The translations under genes and the position numbers were made by a program. Shown piece by piece: positions 17,550-29,278 of a stretch of DNA of 32,738 bases. Position 1 is the first letter of the stretch. Each line of letters opens with the position of its first letter. Source of the stretch: Chthonomonas calidirosea (lineage in GTDB: Bacteria > Armatimonadota > Fimbriimonadia > Fimbriimonadales > Fimbriimonadaceae); assembly GCA_945859975.1 (NCBI GenBank), contig CAMAPH010000033.1, positions 1-32,738 of the forward strand, written 5' to 3'. The notes below the pieces were generated by a model. That model searched no databases. It saw only the letters and a list, made by a program, of their open reading frames with translations, and was not told the DNA's origin.

Positions 17550-18995
17550 TTAGAAGAGGACGGGGTCAGTTTCGGGTGGAAACAGCGCCGTCGCCGCCGC
17601 GCCAAACAGCCCTGCCTGCGTTCCAAACGGACTCGGAACAACCTCAAGCCGCGCCAAATGTGGCGCCATCCAGTCGCTCAAGCCCACCGACCCCGCAATC
17701 AGAATCGCGTCTGGGAAGTACAAATTCCGCACTGCCAAAACCGCATCTTCCAGGGCCTCAACCGCCTGAGTCTGCTGCTCCAAAGTCGGTTCCTTGCTGA
17801 GATTGATGCCGCCGAGCAACTTCTCGTAGGTCTGTCCCGTTCGCGTCGGCAAGTCATTGATCCGCGGGTACTCACCCTTTCGACCTGCCCAGATTCGGCC
17901 GTGCTGAACAAACCCCGCCCCAAGCCCGGTGCCAATCGCAAGCGTCGCCACTCGAAGCCCTGCGAACTGCGGCAAGCATGCATGCCCCCAAGCCGTGGCA
18001 TGCCCATCGCCAATCGCAAACGTCTTCACGCCCAGCGATTCTTCGTCGAAAACAATCCCCGCGTGGTCGGGCATCAAGTACTCCTTCGCCGTCCAAACCT
18101 CGCCCGTAGCCGGATTTACGATCCCACCGGTGCCGATTCCTAGCTGCGTGATCCCGTGCTCTTCCACCCGTTCTCGGATCCAAGCCAGTCGCTCTTCACG
18201 AGTCTTCGGATAAGCAATCTGCTCAACTTCGCCAATCTCCCACGCCAGCGAAAACGGCGCAAACCGAAGCCAAGTCCCGCCGATGTCAACCGCTCCAATC
18301 TTCGCTTCCGCATCTACCGAGCGCGGCAAAAGCGCCCGAGTCTGCTTCACCGGGTCGTTCAGCGCCCCGCCAACCACAACGCCGACCGCGCCAATCCGTA
18401 GCGCCGCCTCAATCTGCCAACGCTCCGTAAATCGTCCTTCCGCAATCACCGGAATCTTTACCGCTTGAATCACGGCGCGCAACAACTCCAGGTCCGGCCC
18501 GATCGTAGATATTCTATCAGGCGTGTATCCACCAAGCGTCGTGCTCAACATCTGAGCCCCCGCCGCCTCGGCCGCCAACGCCGTCTCAACCGTGTCAATA
18601 TCGGCCAAAACCAGCTTTCGGCGCTTCTTGATGTGGGCGATCATCGCCTCCAAGTTCGCTCGCTTAGGTCGCTCGCGGCCTGTGCCGTCAATCGCGATAA
18701 TCTCGCAGCCGAGTTCCATCATCGCGTCTGCGTCCTGGTTGGTTGGCGTGATGTAAACATCGCTGCCCGGATACCGTCGCTTCAAAAGGCCAATAAGAAT
18801 GCCTTTCAGCTCCGGCCGCATCACGCGGACGTTTTTGACGCCCTCGATCCGCAACACGCGCACGCCCTGCTTTACGCTGGCGCGGGCAGACCGCAGCAAC
18901 GTATCGGGGTGATCCAGCGGGGATCCGTCGCTCGCCTGAACCGAAGCAATAAGGGGGCAAGCGCGCAAGCGAACCAGAAAGCCTTCTACCGTCAC
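17550..18995 (-). CDS. nanE: N-acetylmannosamine-6-phosphate 2-epimerase (NanE) fused to a ROK-family kinase-like domain
   Basis: LIASVQA, IGLLKRRY..SDVYITPT, IIAIDGT.R.RP, STTLGGYT, VIAEGR, VVVGGAL; then AVDIGGT and IGTGLGAG (ROK). Confidence 0.88.
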   Translation of the reverse strand: MTVEGFLVRLRACPLIASVQASDGSPLDHPDTLLRSARASVKQGVRVLRIEGVKNVRVMRPELKGILIGLLKRRYPGSDVYITPTNQDADAMMELGCEIIAIDGTGRERPKRANLEAMIAHIKKRRKLVLADIDTVETALAAEAAGAQMLSTTLGGYTPDRISTIGPDLELLRAVIQAVKIPVIAEGRFTERWQIEAALRIGAVGVVVGGALNDPVKQTRALLPRSVDAEAKIGAVDIGGTWLRFAPFSLAWEIGEVEQIAYPKTREERLAWIRERVEEHGITQLGIGTGGIVNPATGEVWTAKEYLMPDHAGIVFDEESLGVKTFAIGDGHATAWGHACLPQFAGLRVATLAIGTGLGAGFVQHGRIWAGRKGEYPRINDLPTRTGQTYEKLLGGINLSKEPTLEQQTQAVEALEDAVLAVRNLYFPDAILIAGSVGLSDWMAPHLARLEVVPSPFGTQAGLFGAAATALFPPETDPVLF

Positions 18996-19004
18996 AACGG
19001 AAAG

Positions 19005-19760
19005 CTACCTGTCTTCGATGCCACTTCGTTCAAACAATTCGCGCAAGCGGTCTTTTTCGCTCCGCTCAAACTCGCGCCGCGCCACATCCGCCAGCACGGT
19101 TTCCTGCCGAATCTTCTCCGCCTTCGAGACCTCTCGAACGTGCAACGGCGCAACAAGCCGAATGCCCGGAATCTTGTCATCGGCCACCAGACTCGCCAAG
19201 CCAAGGTGCAAAATTGCGAGCAAACCCAGCACTGGGCTCGCCGAACCGTAGCTCACCAGCACCAACAGCGCCGTCAGCCAGCCCAAAATCCGGCCATTCA
19301 GCGGAATGAGGCCGTAAAGCATGATCCGCATGGCCCGATTGCGACATGCCCACATCACCGAAACTGCACCCAGCGGCAACATCGGCCCGTAAACCAAATC
19401 TCCCTTCTTGAGGAGCAGCATGCCGGCATAGAGCAGCGCCGCCGGAAGCACCGTTGCAATCACCCAAATCGCCGCAAACTTCGCGCTTCCGTAAACCTGC
19501 TCTAGGCTCCGACCGACAAACAGCATCCAAGCGATCAGGAAGACCAAAAACAGGATGCTGAGCGGGCCGCTGAGCCCAAAGTACACAAACGGGTAGGTGA
19601 AAATGCTCCACGGCTTGCTGAGCCATGTCGGACCAAACGACAGAATGTCTGCCGCACCCGTGCCCACGAAAAAGAATACGATCGACATCGCCACGATCAG
19701 CCCGCAGATCGAAAGAACGACGGGCGAGTCCTGCTTTTTCAACCACTGGATCGGGGACAT
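19005..19760 (-). CDS. Rhomboid-superfamily membrane protein
   Basis: PWSIFTYPF, GRSLE..YGS.KF, multiple TM segments, LHLG; charged C-terminal tail. Confidence 0.72.
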   Translation of the reverse strand: MSPIQWLKKQDSPVVLSICGLIVAMSIVFFFVGTGAADILSFGPTWLSKPWSIFTYPFVYFGLSGPLSILFLVFLIAWMLFVGRSLEQVYGSAKFAAIWVIATVLPAALLYAGMLLLKKGDLVYGPMLPLGAVSVMWACRNRAMRIMLYGLIPLNGRILGWLTALLVLVSYGSASPVLGLLAILHLGLASLVADDKIPGIRLVAPLHVREVSKAEKIRQETVLADVARREFERSEKDRLRELFERSGIEDR

Positions 19761-19824
19761 CTACTTCTCGTTATACGCTTTCAGAGCCTTGCTCGTTGTG
19801 GGTCCTGGGTGGGACTAGAAACAA

Positions 19825-20856
19825 CTAAGAAATGGACCGAAAGTCACGAATTGACTTCACTCCCAGCCTGTCCATTTCGCGAAGAATGTCCGTCAGCATC
19901 GCCGGAATCAAACCCGGCCCGCCATAAATCCAGCCCGTATAAAGCTGCACCAAATCTGCCCCAAGTCGAAACTTCTCAATCGCATCGGCGGCGGTGAAAA
20001 TCCCTCCAACCCCAATCAGCGACGTCGTCGGATCGCAGTTCTCGCGCAAGTGGCGCAGGATCAAATTCGACTTAGTACGCACCGGTGCTCCGGAAAGGCC
20101 ACCCGCCTGGTTTGGATCGCCCTTCAACCCTGCCCGATCCAGCGTCGTATTCGTCGCGATCACACCCTGCAGCTTCCGCGCGTTCACGACTTCGATCACG
20201 TCGTCCACCGCCTCAAACTCCAGGTCCGGCGCGACCTTGATGAAAATCGGCTTGGTCGCATGCACCGCCCGCATCGCATCCACGATCTCCAGCAACGGGC
20301 CCTTCTCCTGCAACGACCGCAATCCCGGCGTGTTCGGCGACGACACGTTGATCACGAAGTAATCCCCAAGGTCCTTCAGCCGCTCAAAGCTCTTCGCGTA
20401 ATCGCTCGCCGCGTCAACCGCCTCCGTGTCCTTGTTCTTGCCCAGGTTCACCCCCAGCGGAATCTTCGGAAACGACGCTTCAATTCGCGCCGCAATCGCC
20501 TCGGCCCCGTCATTGTTGAAACCCATCCGGTTGATGAGCGCCTTGTCTTCCGGCAACCTAAACAGGCGCGGACGCGGATTCCCCGGCTGCGGGCGAGGCG
20601 TGATAGTCCCTAGCTCGGCAAAGCCAAAACCCAGCCGATGCCACTGGTTCACCGCCACGGCGTTCTTATCAAAACCTGCTGCAAGCCCGATTGGATTTGG
20701 AAACTTGATCCCCGCGACCGTGGTGACCAGCCGAGGGTCCTCCGGAACGCCAACGGCGATCAGCCCCCGTTCAATTGCCCCCATCGCCCGCTCATGCACC
20801 CATTCCGGGTCGAACCGGAAGGCAAGGGGGCGCAGCAAGCCAGAGTACAGATTCAT
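19825..20856 (-). CDS. pyrD: Quinone-dependent dihydroorotate dehydrogenase (class 2)
   Basis: NPIGLAAGFDKN, NRMGFNN, NVSSPNTPGLR, KVAPD, GGLSG, VQLYTG. Confidence 0.97.
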   Translation of the reverse strand: MNLYSGLLRPLAFRFDPEWVHERAMGAIERGLIAVGVPEDPRLVTTVAGIKFPNPIGLAAGFDKNAVAVNQWHRLGFGFAELGTITPRPQPGNPRPRLFRLPEDKALINRMGFNNDGAEAIAARIEASFPKIPLGVNLGKNKDTEAVDAASDYAKSFERLKDLGDYFVINVSSPNTPGLRSLQEKGPLLEIVDAMRAVHATKPIFIKVAPDLEFEAVDDVIEVVNARKLQGVIATNTTLDRAGLKGDPNQAGGLSGAPVRTKSNLILRHLRENCDPTTSLIGVGGIFTAADAIEKFRLGADLVQLYTGWIYGGPGLIPAMLTDILREMDRLGVKSIRDFRSIS

Positions 20857-20911
20857 GAAGCTGAGTCTAAGTTAGCCGATTCCGGGCTCGCGGGTATCCT
20901 GTGATATTAAC

Positions 20912-23043
<2,132 letters not shown>

Positions 23044-23044
<1 letters not shown>

Positions 23045-23553
23045 TGATCCTCGCCGCCCTTTTCACCCTCGCATCGGCTCGAACCTACCGGCTCGAGCCG
23101 ATCGTCGTTAAGGCTCTGCCTCCATTCACTGAGCTCAAGAAGGCCGAAGCCAACGAGCTTATGGACCGAGAAGTGCAGTACGTCCTTCGCGCTTCGCTAG
23201 AGCTGGATGCAAGGATCGTGGTTGCCCCGGGCGAATCTGCGGAGCGGACGGTGAAGATCGAGCTACGAAAGGTCAGCCAGAAAAACCGCTCCCGCACCGA
23301 ACTCTTGAACAATCCCAATGGCGGCGCTAGCGTAACGGAAGTTACCGTGGGTCTGAGCCTGAACGATAGCCCCTTTCAAGAGCTCAAAGGCACCGCCAAA
23401 GGCGCCTACTTCGGCACCACCAACCGTCGAACGATGGTCGGCAGCCCCGACGCCGAAGCCCTGGAGATACGAAACAGCAACCGAGAACGCGCCCGAGCCA
23501 CCGGCCGCGCGATCTGGGATGCGGTAAAGCTGAATGTCTTGCGCGAAGACTGA
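23044..23553 (+). CDS. Hypothetical protein, possibly exported
   Basis: 169-aa ORF, start overlaps the gyrB stop (TAATG). Confidence 0.65.
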
Positions 23554-23599
23554 GAGGCCCTTGAGATTCAGCCGAGAATGGTGCGAAAGCAGAACCTCC

Positions 23600-24619
23600 C
23601 TATTTCTTTGGGCCAATCAATTGAACCGCTCTAAATCCCCGATCTCCTGCCGGAAGTTGGCAGAGCGTATACGGAAGTCGATCTTTCAACCACACGATCT
23701 TGTCTCCATCCTGGCGAGTGTCTACGACAACAACGCCGTCATCAAGGACCCCAATCGGAGTTGAAGGAAACGTGAGACTAGGATCGCCTTCCGGAAAACC
23801 GCTACCGCCCCGATAGAGGACTTCGGCTGGCCCAAAGGACTCGCTTTCGGGGTTCCATCGAATCTGCTGCAACACCGAGTAGTGGCGAGGCTTCAGCAAG
23901 CCTCTATAGTCAGATCCGCTAAACACGAATCTGTTCTTGTCCGCCCACAAAAGGTGAGACACTCCAGAATACGGACGGAACTGGATCTGTTTACCGGACC
24001 GAGTCCAGAACAAATTCTCGGTGGCCGAATAGGTAATCGACCCATCTTGGTTTGGATAGATGCCAGGTTTATGCTCTGAGGATATCGAACTGGACGGGGC
24101 CTGAGCAAAACCCGTGCCTTCGGTTTTGAATACTTCTCCGCTTAAAGCTAAGCGTCCATCTCTTGTCCACGAATGCCGTGACCCGGCCGAAGCAACGGCC
24201 TTGCCAAGCGGCTTTAGTGAGCGCGAATACACGTGAAATGCTCTCTTGTCCGTCGATAGCGCCAATGAAGCGAGAATAAAGCGCGAGTTCTGGCTGAATT
24301 CTGTATGCAACGTCTCTCCGGTAATACGCCCCAAAGTCGCTGAAGCGGGACGGCCGGACGGGCCATGAAGCAGAAGTCGGGCAAGCCCGTCCGATCCGCT
24401 CGAAGTGAGCACCATCGAACCATCCGGGCTTAAATCAGCAGACGAGTTTGCCGGCACCTCGATCTTCCGAATGAGTGAGACTGTTCCGTAAGCATCAATT
24501 CGAACCCAATCAAGCCGCTGGGAATCCGAAGGCGAGTACTTCTGGCCGATGATCGCAACGCAAGAAAACTCCGCTGCGCGCGAGTAGAAGACCGGTAGAA
24601 GTGCGGCGTGCAGAATCAT
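23600..24619 (-). CDS. Hypothetical exported protein, TolB/WD40-like beta-propeller
   Basis: Repeated blade-like motifs LSPDGS, FSQNSR, WTRDGR, PNQDGS, WADKNR. Confidence 0.6.
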   Translation of the reverse strand: MILHAALLPVFYSRAAEFSCVAIIGQKYSPSDSQRLDWVRIDAYGTVSLIRKIEVPANSSADLSPDGSMVLTSSGSDGLARLLLHGPSGRPASATLGRITGETLHTEFSQNSRFILASLALSTDKRAFHVYSRSLKPLGKAVASAGSRHSWTRDGRLALSGEVFKTEGTGFAQAPSSSISSEHKPGIYPNQDGSITYSATENLFWTRSGKQIQFRPYSGVSHLLWADKNRFVFSGSDYRGLLKPRHYSVLQQIRWNPESESFGPAEVLYRGGSGFPEGDPSLTFPSTPIGVLDDGVVVVDTRQDGDKIVWLKDRLPYTLCQLPAGDRGFRAVQLIGPKK

Positions 24620-24837
24620 GTCAAAAAAGGGGATCGATTGCTAAGACCTGACCGGATGCTGTTTGCTGCTTCCATTTGCCTAGCACTTCTTTGACAACTT
24701 CAGATAGCTTCCCGTTACGCCCGATCCGAAGGTCTCAACCGCCGCACACCACTCCTTTAAAGTGCCAGGCTCCTTTTCCAAACGCCGGAGCAGCAACATT
24801 CGATCCTGACTCAGCGGTCCGGTAGGATTCCCAAAAT

Positions 24838-25758
24838 ATGTTGTCCCTCGGCATCGTCGCAATGCTCGGCGTCCAAATTCCGGCGCAGTTGGGGAAACCC
24901 TATCTGATCGGAATCGTCGGCCGCACCAAAGGTGAAAAGCAGGTTCTCGAACTCGGGAACAGCCGCGTTGTCACGATCAAATCGGCCCGAACCGCCATCG
25001 CTTTCGGAACCAAAAAGGAATCCATCGTTGCCGGCGAGGGCAAGAAGCTGGTGATCTTTGAAGCCAACATTCGGAATCCGGAGAAGAAGCCGATTTCCGT
25101 CAGCGAGAGCCAGACCTTTGGGCTTCGTGTCTACGACACCAAGTTCACCGCGAACGACGTTCAGTATCGTGGCGCTGCAGGGAAGGATTTGTCGATTCTG
25201 AACAAGTCGCTCAAGTCCGGCGAGAGCATCAATATCGTGGCCATCTACGAATTCCCCGCCAAGACGCCCAACCTGCTCATCGGCATTTACTATCACACCT
25301 ACATCGCCAGTCAAGCGCCAAAGTTCGACCTAACCTCCCATCTCGCCCCACCGACCTCGATCTTCGCCGAGTCGAACATGAGCTACTTACCCAGCGCGCA
25401 AGCTCAGGTCGGAAAGAGTTTCGATTTCGATGATCTCCGGTTTAAGGTCCTCGGACAAACCGCCATCGAAGGCGGCGGAATTGCGGTGCGAGTCGAAATC
25501 TCGAACCCGATGGCTCGCCCGGGAAGGTGGGGCTGGCAATACGCAACCGCGACGCTGCTATCCGGAACTGCCGCAACCACCAGCTACCCCGAGTTCTACA
25601 TTTCTCCAGAGTTTAAAGACTGGGCCAACGAAATCCGCCCCGGCTCGACGGTCGTCGGCGAATACCGCTTCTACCCCGTAGCCGGCTTCTCGGCCAAGCA
25701 GTTCCGACTTCAGATGAACGGAACAAAACGAACCGTGACGATCGGATTGGTCCCCTGA
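24838..25758 (+). CDS. Hypothetical exported protein with two Ig-like (DUF4352-like) domains
   Basis: Hydrophobic N-terminus; AGEGKKLVIFE..I.N...LKSGES and V.V.ISN...EIRPGST..GEY.F patterns. Confidence 0.6.
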   Translation: MLSLGIVAMLGVQIPAQLGKPYLIGIVGRTKGEKQVLELGNSRVVTIKSARTAIAFGTKKESIVAGEGKKLVIFEANIRNPEKKPISVSESQTFGLRVYDTKFTANDVQYRGAAGKDLSILNKSLKSGESINIVAIYEFPAKTPNLLIGIYYHTYIASQAPKFDLTSHLAPPTSIFAESNMSYLPSAQAQVGKSFDFDDLRFKVLGQTAIEGGGIAVRVEISNPMARPGRWGWQYATATLLSGTAATTSYPEFYISPEFKDWANEIRPGSTVVGEYRFYPVAGFSAKQFRLQMNGTKRTVTIGLVP

Positions 25759-25964
25759 TGAGGCAGGACTAGGCAAAATTTGCAAATTGCTTTCGAGATA
25801 CAGCTCTCATTCCTCCAGGATATACATGAAGTAACTCGTAATGACCGATTGATCGCTTACAAATAGCGTGGCCATGTGGCTTGGCTTGGCTTGGGTTGGG
25901 CCAACCAGTATCCTTGCCGAACTACATTTGAAAGCGAGTCTGCCCATTGCCGGTCCCGTTCATC

Positions 25965-26100
25965 GCGCTCAAGCAACTTGAGCGCACCCTCTCAAGAACA
26001 CTCTGAAATGAAAAACGGGCTCAAGTTGAGCCTGGGCGAACGGCGAGATGAGCAATTTGAGCAGAATTCGAAGAGCACCCTGAAATGAAAAATCGCTCAA
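25965..26100. repeat. Cluster of TTGAGC/GCTCAA inverted repeats with an imperfect direct repeat
   Basis: AAGAACACTCTGAAATGAAAAACGGGCTCAA (25994-26024) vs AAGAGCACCCTGAAATGAAAAATCGCTCAA (26071-26100); palindromes GCGCTCAAGCAACTTGAGCGC and GGCTCAAGTTGAGCC. Confidence 0.7.
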
Positions 26101-26282
26101 AAAACTGTTTCGCTAGCTTCTGTGTAATGAGGATATTGAACACAACGGCAGCTGATTACGAGAGCCGACTGAACTGAATATCATTGCTCCGTCGAGGCCC
26201 CAAGACCGCCCTGCCGGAGTCAACATACAATCCCGGTGCTAACCTCGCGGATCCGAACCAATTTGAATGCAAGGGCTCAGGT

Positions 26283-27086
26283 TCAGTTCTTGTGCTGAAC
26301 ATGCTCCGTCAGCTCCTCTTCCGCCACCCGGAGGTCGCGAAGATTGCTGAGCGCTGAGTCGAGCGATTTGCCGGGGCGGATGTCCATTTCCTTGGCCGTC
26401 TGGAACGCCAGCCGTTCCGCCTCTTCGGCCAGGGCACGCAACTTATCCGCCACCGCGCGGGCGACGTAGAAGCCGGGCGGAACTTGGCTGGGGTTTCCCT
26501 TGCCCTTGATCCCGAACGACTCCAGCGCCTCGTCTACGTAGTCCAGCGGATTTCGGCCGTCAACCGAATCCGGCAAGACGTTGCGATAGGCCAAGAGGAC
26601 GTCGGACATCCCCTCGTCGGCTGCCAATCGCGCCGCGGCACGGGCCGAAATGTAGGAGTGCGGCAACGACTCTTCTTGCCATTGCCCGGTGCCGAAGGCG
26701 ATGCGAATTCGCGCCCAATAATGCGCGCACTCTTCAAGGATCAGCAGGCTGCTAGCGTCCAAATCGCGGTGGAGCCGCCGATGCTCAATCAGCCCCTTCA
26801 TGGCATGGGCGACCTTTCGAATCTCCTCGCGCCTCTGCGCCTCGCCTTCGTTCAGCTTCTGCTTCGGCTGCATCACGATCATCGTCGTCCCCGCCAAAGC
26901 CGGGACAGCCGCGGCCGCGATCATGATCGGCGCCCCGCCAATCAGGGCAATGATCGAGCCAACAATCCCAAGGCCGAGCAAACCCCAGCCGGTCATCTTT
27001 TGCGGCGTCTGCGGTTCCGGCCGGCACGCGAAGTTGATGTATTCCACCAAGTTCGGATATTGCTTCACGGGATTTGCGGCGAACAT
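26283..27086 (-). CDS. Hypothetical membrane-anchored protein
   Basis: 267 aa, two N-terminal TM segments then a helical domain; TACAAT upstream. Confidence 0.7.
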   Translation of the reverse strand: MFAANPVKQYPNLVEYINFACRPEPQTPQKMTGWGLLGLGIVGSIIALIGGAPIMIAAAAVPALAGTTMIVMQPKQKLNEGEAQRREEIRKVAHAMKGLIEHRRLHRDLDASSLLILEECAHYWARIRIAFGTGQWQEESLPHSYISARAAARLAADEGMSDVLLAYRNVLPDSVDGRNPLDYVDEALESFGIKGKGNPSQVPPGFYVARAVADKLRALAEEAERLAFQTAKEMDIRPGKSLDSALSNLRDLRVAEEELTEHVQHKN

Positions 27087-27164
27087 TGCTATCTGTATTG
27101 TAGTTGACGATCCATCACCGGGAAGGGTCCTAGGACCTTTCTTGATAATTCCGCCTAGATGAAA

Positions 27165-27185
27165 CTTGAGCCCATCTAACTCACG
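27165..27185. promoter_or_regulatory. HAIR-like (HspR-type) operator upstream of hsp20
   Basis: CTTGAGC-N7-ACTCACG vs consensus CTTGAGT-N7-ACTCAAG (12/14). Confidence 0.6.
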
Positions 27186-27222
27186 TTATCTATGGTGTAA
27201 CCCATCAACGGGGGAAAACAAC

Positions 27223-27672
27223 ATGATGAGAACTCTAGTCAACGTCAACCCACTCAACGAATTCCGCGCCATGGACGAGGTCCTGGAACGACTCTTCACC
27301 CACCCCGCCCGCCCGGTCAGCAACGTCGGCGGACTCCCGGTCGACATCATCGAGCGAGACAACAATCTGGTCATTCGAGCCGCCGTCCCCGGCGTCGCCC
27401 CAGAGGCGATCGACATCTCGGTTGAGAACAACGTCCTCACCATTCGCGGCGAATCGAAAGATGAAACTTCGACGGAAAGCGACAAGGTCTATCGTCGTGA
27501 AGTCAGCTACGGCCCCTTCGCCCGCAGCATTCGGCTTCCGGAGAACATGGACCTAAACGCCATCGATGCCGAGTTCAAGCATGGCTTCGTGACCATCACG
27601 ATCCCGCGCATCGTCGAAGAGGCTCCGCAGCCCATCAAGATCGCCATCCGAAACGGCGAATCGACGAACTAA
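27223..27672 (+). CDS. Hsp20/alpha-crystallin small heat shock protein
   Basis: PVDIIE, VPGV, VENNVLTIRGE, REVSYGPFARSIRLP, AEFKHG.VTITIP; G-rich RBS upstream. Confidence 0.95.
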   Translation: MMRTLVNVNPLNEFRAMDEVLERLFTHPARPVSNVGGLPVDIIERDNNLVIRAAVPGVAPEAIDISVENNVLTIRGESKDETSTESDKVYRREVSYGPFARSIRLPENMDLNAIDAEFKHGFVTITIPRIVEEAPQPIKIAIRNGESTN

Positions 27673-29240
27673 GCGTCCTTTGAAACCAGGGGCTGGCCGG
27701 CGGCAATCCAAGCGTCCCAGCCCCCTTCTAACGCATAAGCCTGCTCAAATCCCCCGCCGCGCAACTGCCCCGCCACAATCCGGCTCGTCCGATCGTTCGG
27801 ACATCCACAGTAAGCCACCAGCATCGTGTCCTGGTCTATGGCTCGACTCGAGATCTGCGCCACCGCCCGATCTGGATCAACGCGAATCGATCCCGGAATC
27901 GTCTCTGAGCTAGCCAAATAGCCCTTATTCGACCGGGCATCGATAAACATCAAATCCTCCCCATCCGCGACCCGCTGCAAAACCTCGGAAACCGAAACCA
28001 CCGGTCCCGGCCCGGTTGTAGGGATGATCATCTTCTCACCCTTCTGAATCTGGCTCTGCCGCTCCAGCCACATGACCGTTCCGCCGTGCAAAACAATGCT
28101 GACCAGCATCACCGAACAGGCGATCTTGAACAAGTAAGCCGCTCCTGGAACGTCCGCAAAGACCGGAATCAGCACCATCAGAATCGAACTAAGCCCACGC
28201 GGACCAAACCAGGCCAGCGTGATCTTGCTCCGCCGCTTCATCCCCGTCCGACTCACTGCAAACCAAAGCGCCGCCGGCCGCGCCACCAAAGCCAACACCA
28301 CTACCAGCGCGTAATCCCAACCGGTGAAGTCGAACCCCGACCAAACCACCGAAACCCCGAGCAACACGAAAGTCGAAAGCACCGCCAACTCGCCCGTCGT
28401 CTCGCCATATTCATGGAAGCAGTCGCAAAGTTCAACGTCCAAGGTCGCAATCACGGCTCCCGCCGCAAACGCCGCCACAAACCCGCTGGCATGAATCGCC
28501 TCCGCCACGCCAAACGATACAAAGCAAACGCCGAGGCTGTAAAGCGACTCATATTCCCGCTTGATTCCAATTGCCCGCCGAACGTAAGTCAGCGTCGCCA
28601 CCGCCAAAAGCCCAACCAGCCCTCCCGAAATCGGGCTCATCACGAGGACCTGAAAAATGGTCTTCGGAATGTTCACCGGCTCACCCGCCGACATCATCGT
28701 GGCAATACAAACGATGATCACCGGCAGCAAAACCACGTCATTCAGGCCGCTCTCGAGTCTCAGAGCCAACCGCGTGTCCTTCGGCAAACCCGTCCAACGA
28801 AGCAGCGGCCGAAGCAAAACGGGATCCGTACTCGCCAGTGCCGCGCCAAGGATCAGCGCCATCGGCAGCTCAATCTTCAACAGCGAATGTGAAACGCCCG
28901 CGATCGCCAGCATCGCCAAAACCGTCCCCGGCCCAAGAATCAGCAAGGCTAACTTTGCGTTCGCCTTAACTTCACGAAAGTCCAGCGTAAGAGCCTCGGT
29001 GAACAGGATCAAAGCCAGCGTTAGGGTGCTGACAATTCGAAGCGCTTCCGAATCAATCGGAATGTCAAACGCCTTCATCCCGAACGGGCCAATGATCGCA
29101 CCCAGGGCAAGAAAAACTGCCACCTGAGGCGTCCCGCTCCGCTCTACCCAGCCGCTAAACAGCCCGGCCAAAAGCAGAACGACGCCAAGAAGAGCAAGGG
29201 AAGCGGCAAACCCGCTGATGTCGGCAGCAGCAATTGGCAC
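27669..29240 (-). CDS. CPA1 (NhaP-like) cation:proton antiporter with a C-terminal rhodanese domain
   Basis: LASTDPV, ESGLND, WFGPRGLSS; then IDARS...IPGS, AYCGCPND, ALEGGWDAW. Confidence 0.88.
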   Translation of the reverse strand: MPIAAADISGFAASLALLGVVLLLAGLFSGWVERSGTPQVAVFLALGAIIGPFGMKAFDIPIDSEALRIVSTLTLALILFTEALTLDFREVKANAKLALLILGPGTVLAMLAIAGVSHSLLKIELPMALILGAALASTDPVLLRPLLRWTGLPKDTRLALRLESGLNDVVLLPVIIVCIATMMSAGEPVNIPKTIFQVLVMSPISGGLVGLLAVATLTYVRRAIGIKREYESLYSLGVCFVSFGVAEAIHASGFVAAFAAGAVIATLDVELCDCFHEYGETTGELAVLSTFVLLGVSVVWSGFDFTGWDYALVVVLALVARPAALWFAVSRTGMKRRSKITLAWFGPRGLSSILMVLIPVFADVPGAAYLFKIACSVMLVSIVLHGGTVMWLERQSQIQKGEKMIIPTTGPGPVVSVSEVLQRVADGEDLMFIDARSNKGYLASSETIPGSIRVDPDRAVAQISSRAIDQDTMLVAYCGCPNDRTSRIVAGQLRGGGFEQAYALEGGWDAWIAAGQPLVSKDA

Positions 29241-29278
29241 GGTTAACCATACTCCGGCTGATCCTCGTATATGACGTG

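Noticed and set aside
18465..19505. 346-aa plus-strand ORF
   Set aside because: Antisense shadow of the nanE fusion and rhomboid-like genes.
24680..24862. 60-aa minus-strand ORF
   Set aside because: Short, overlaps the next gene start, no supporting motif.
25977..25996. HAIR-like CTTGAG...CTCAAG in the intergenic repeat
   Set aside because: Spacing is one base short of HAIR and it lies between convergent genes.
25876..26088. 70-aa ORF, or a CRISPR array, in the repeat region
   Set aside because: The ORF is built from the repeats; there are only two imperfect units, no regular spacers and no cas genes.
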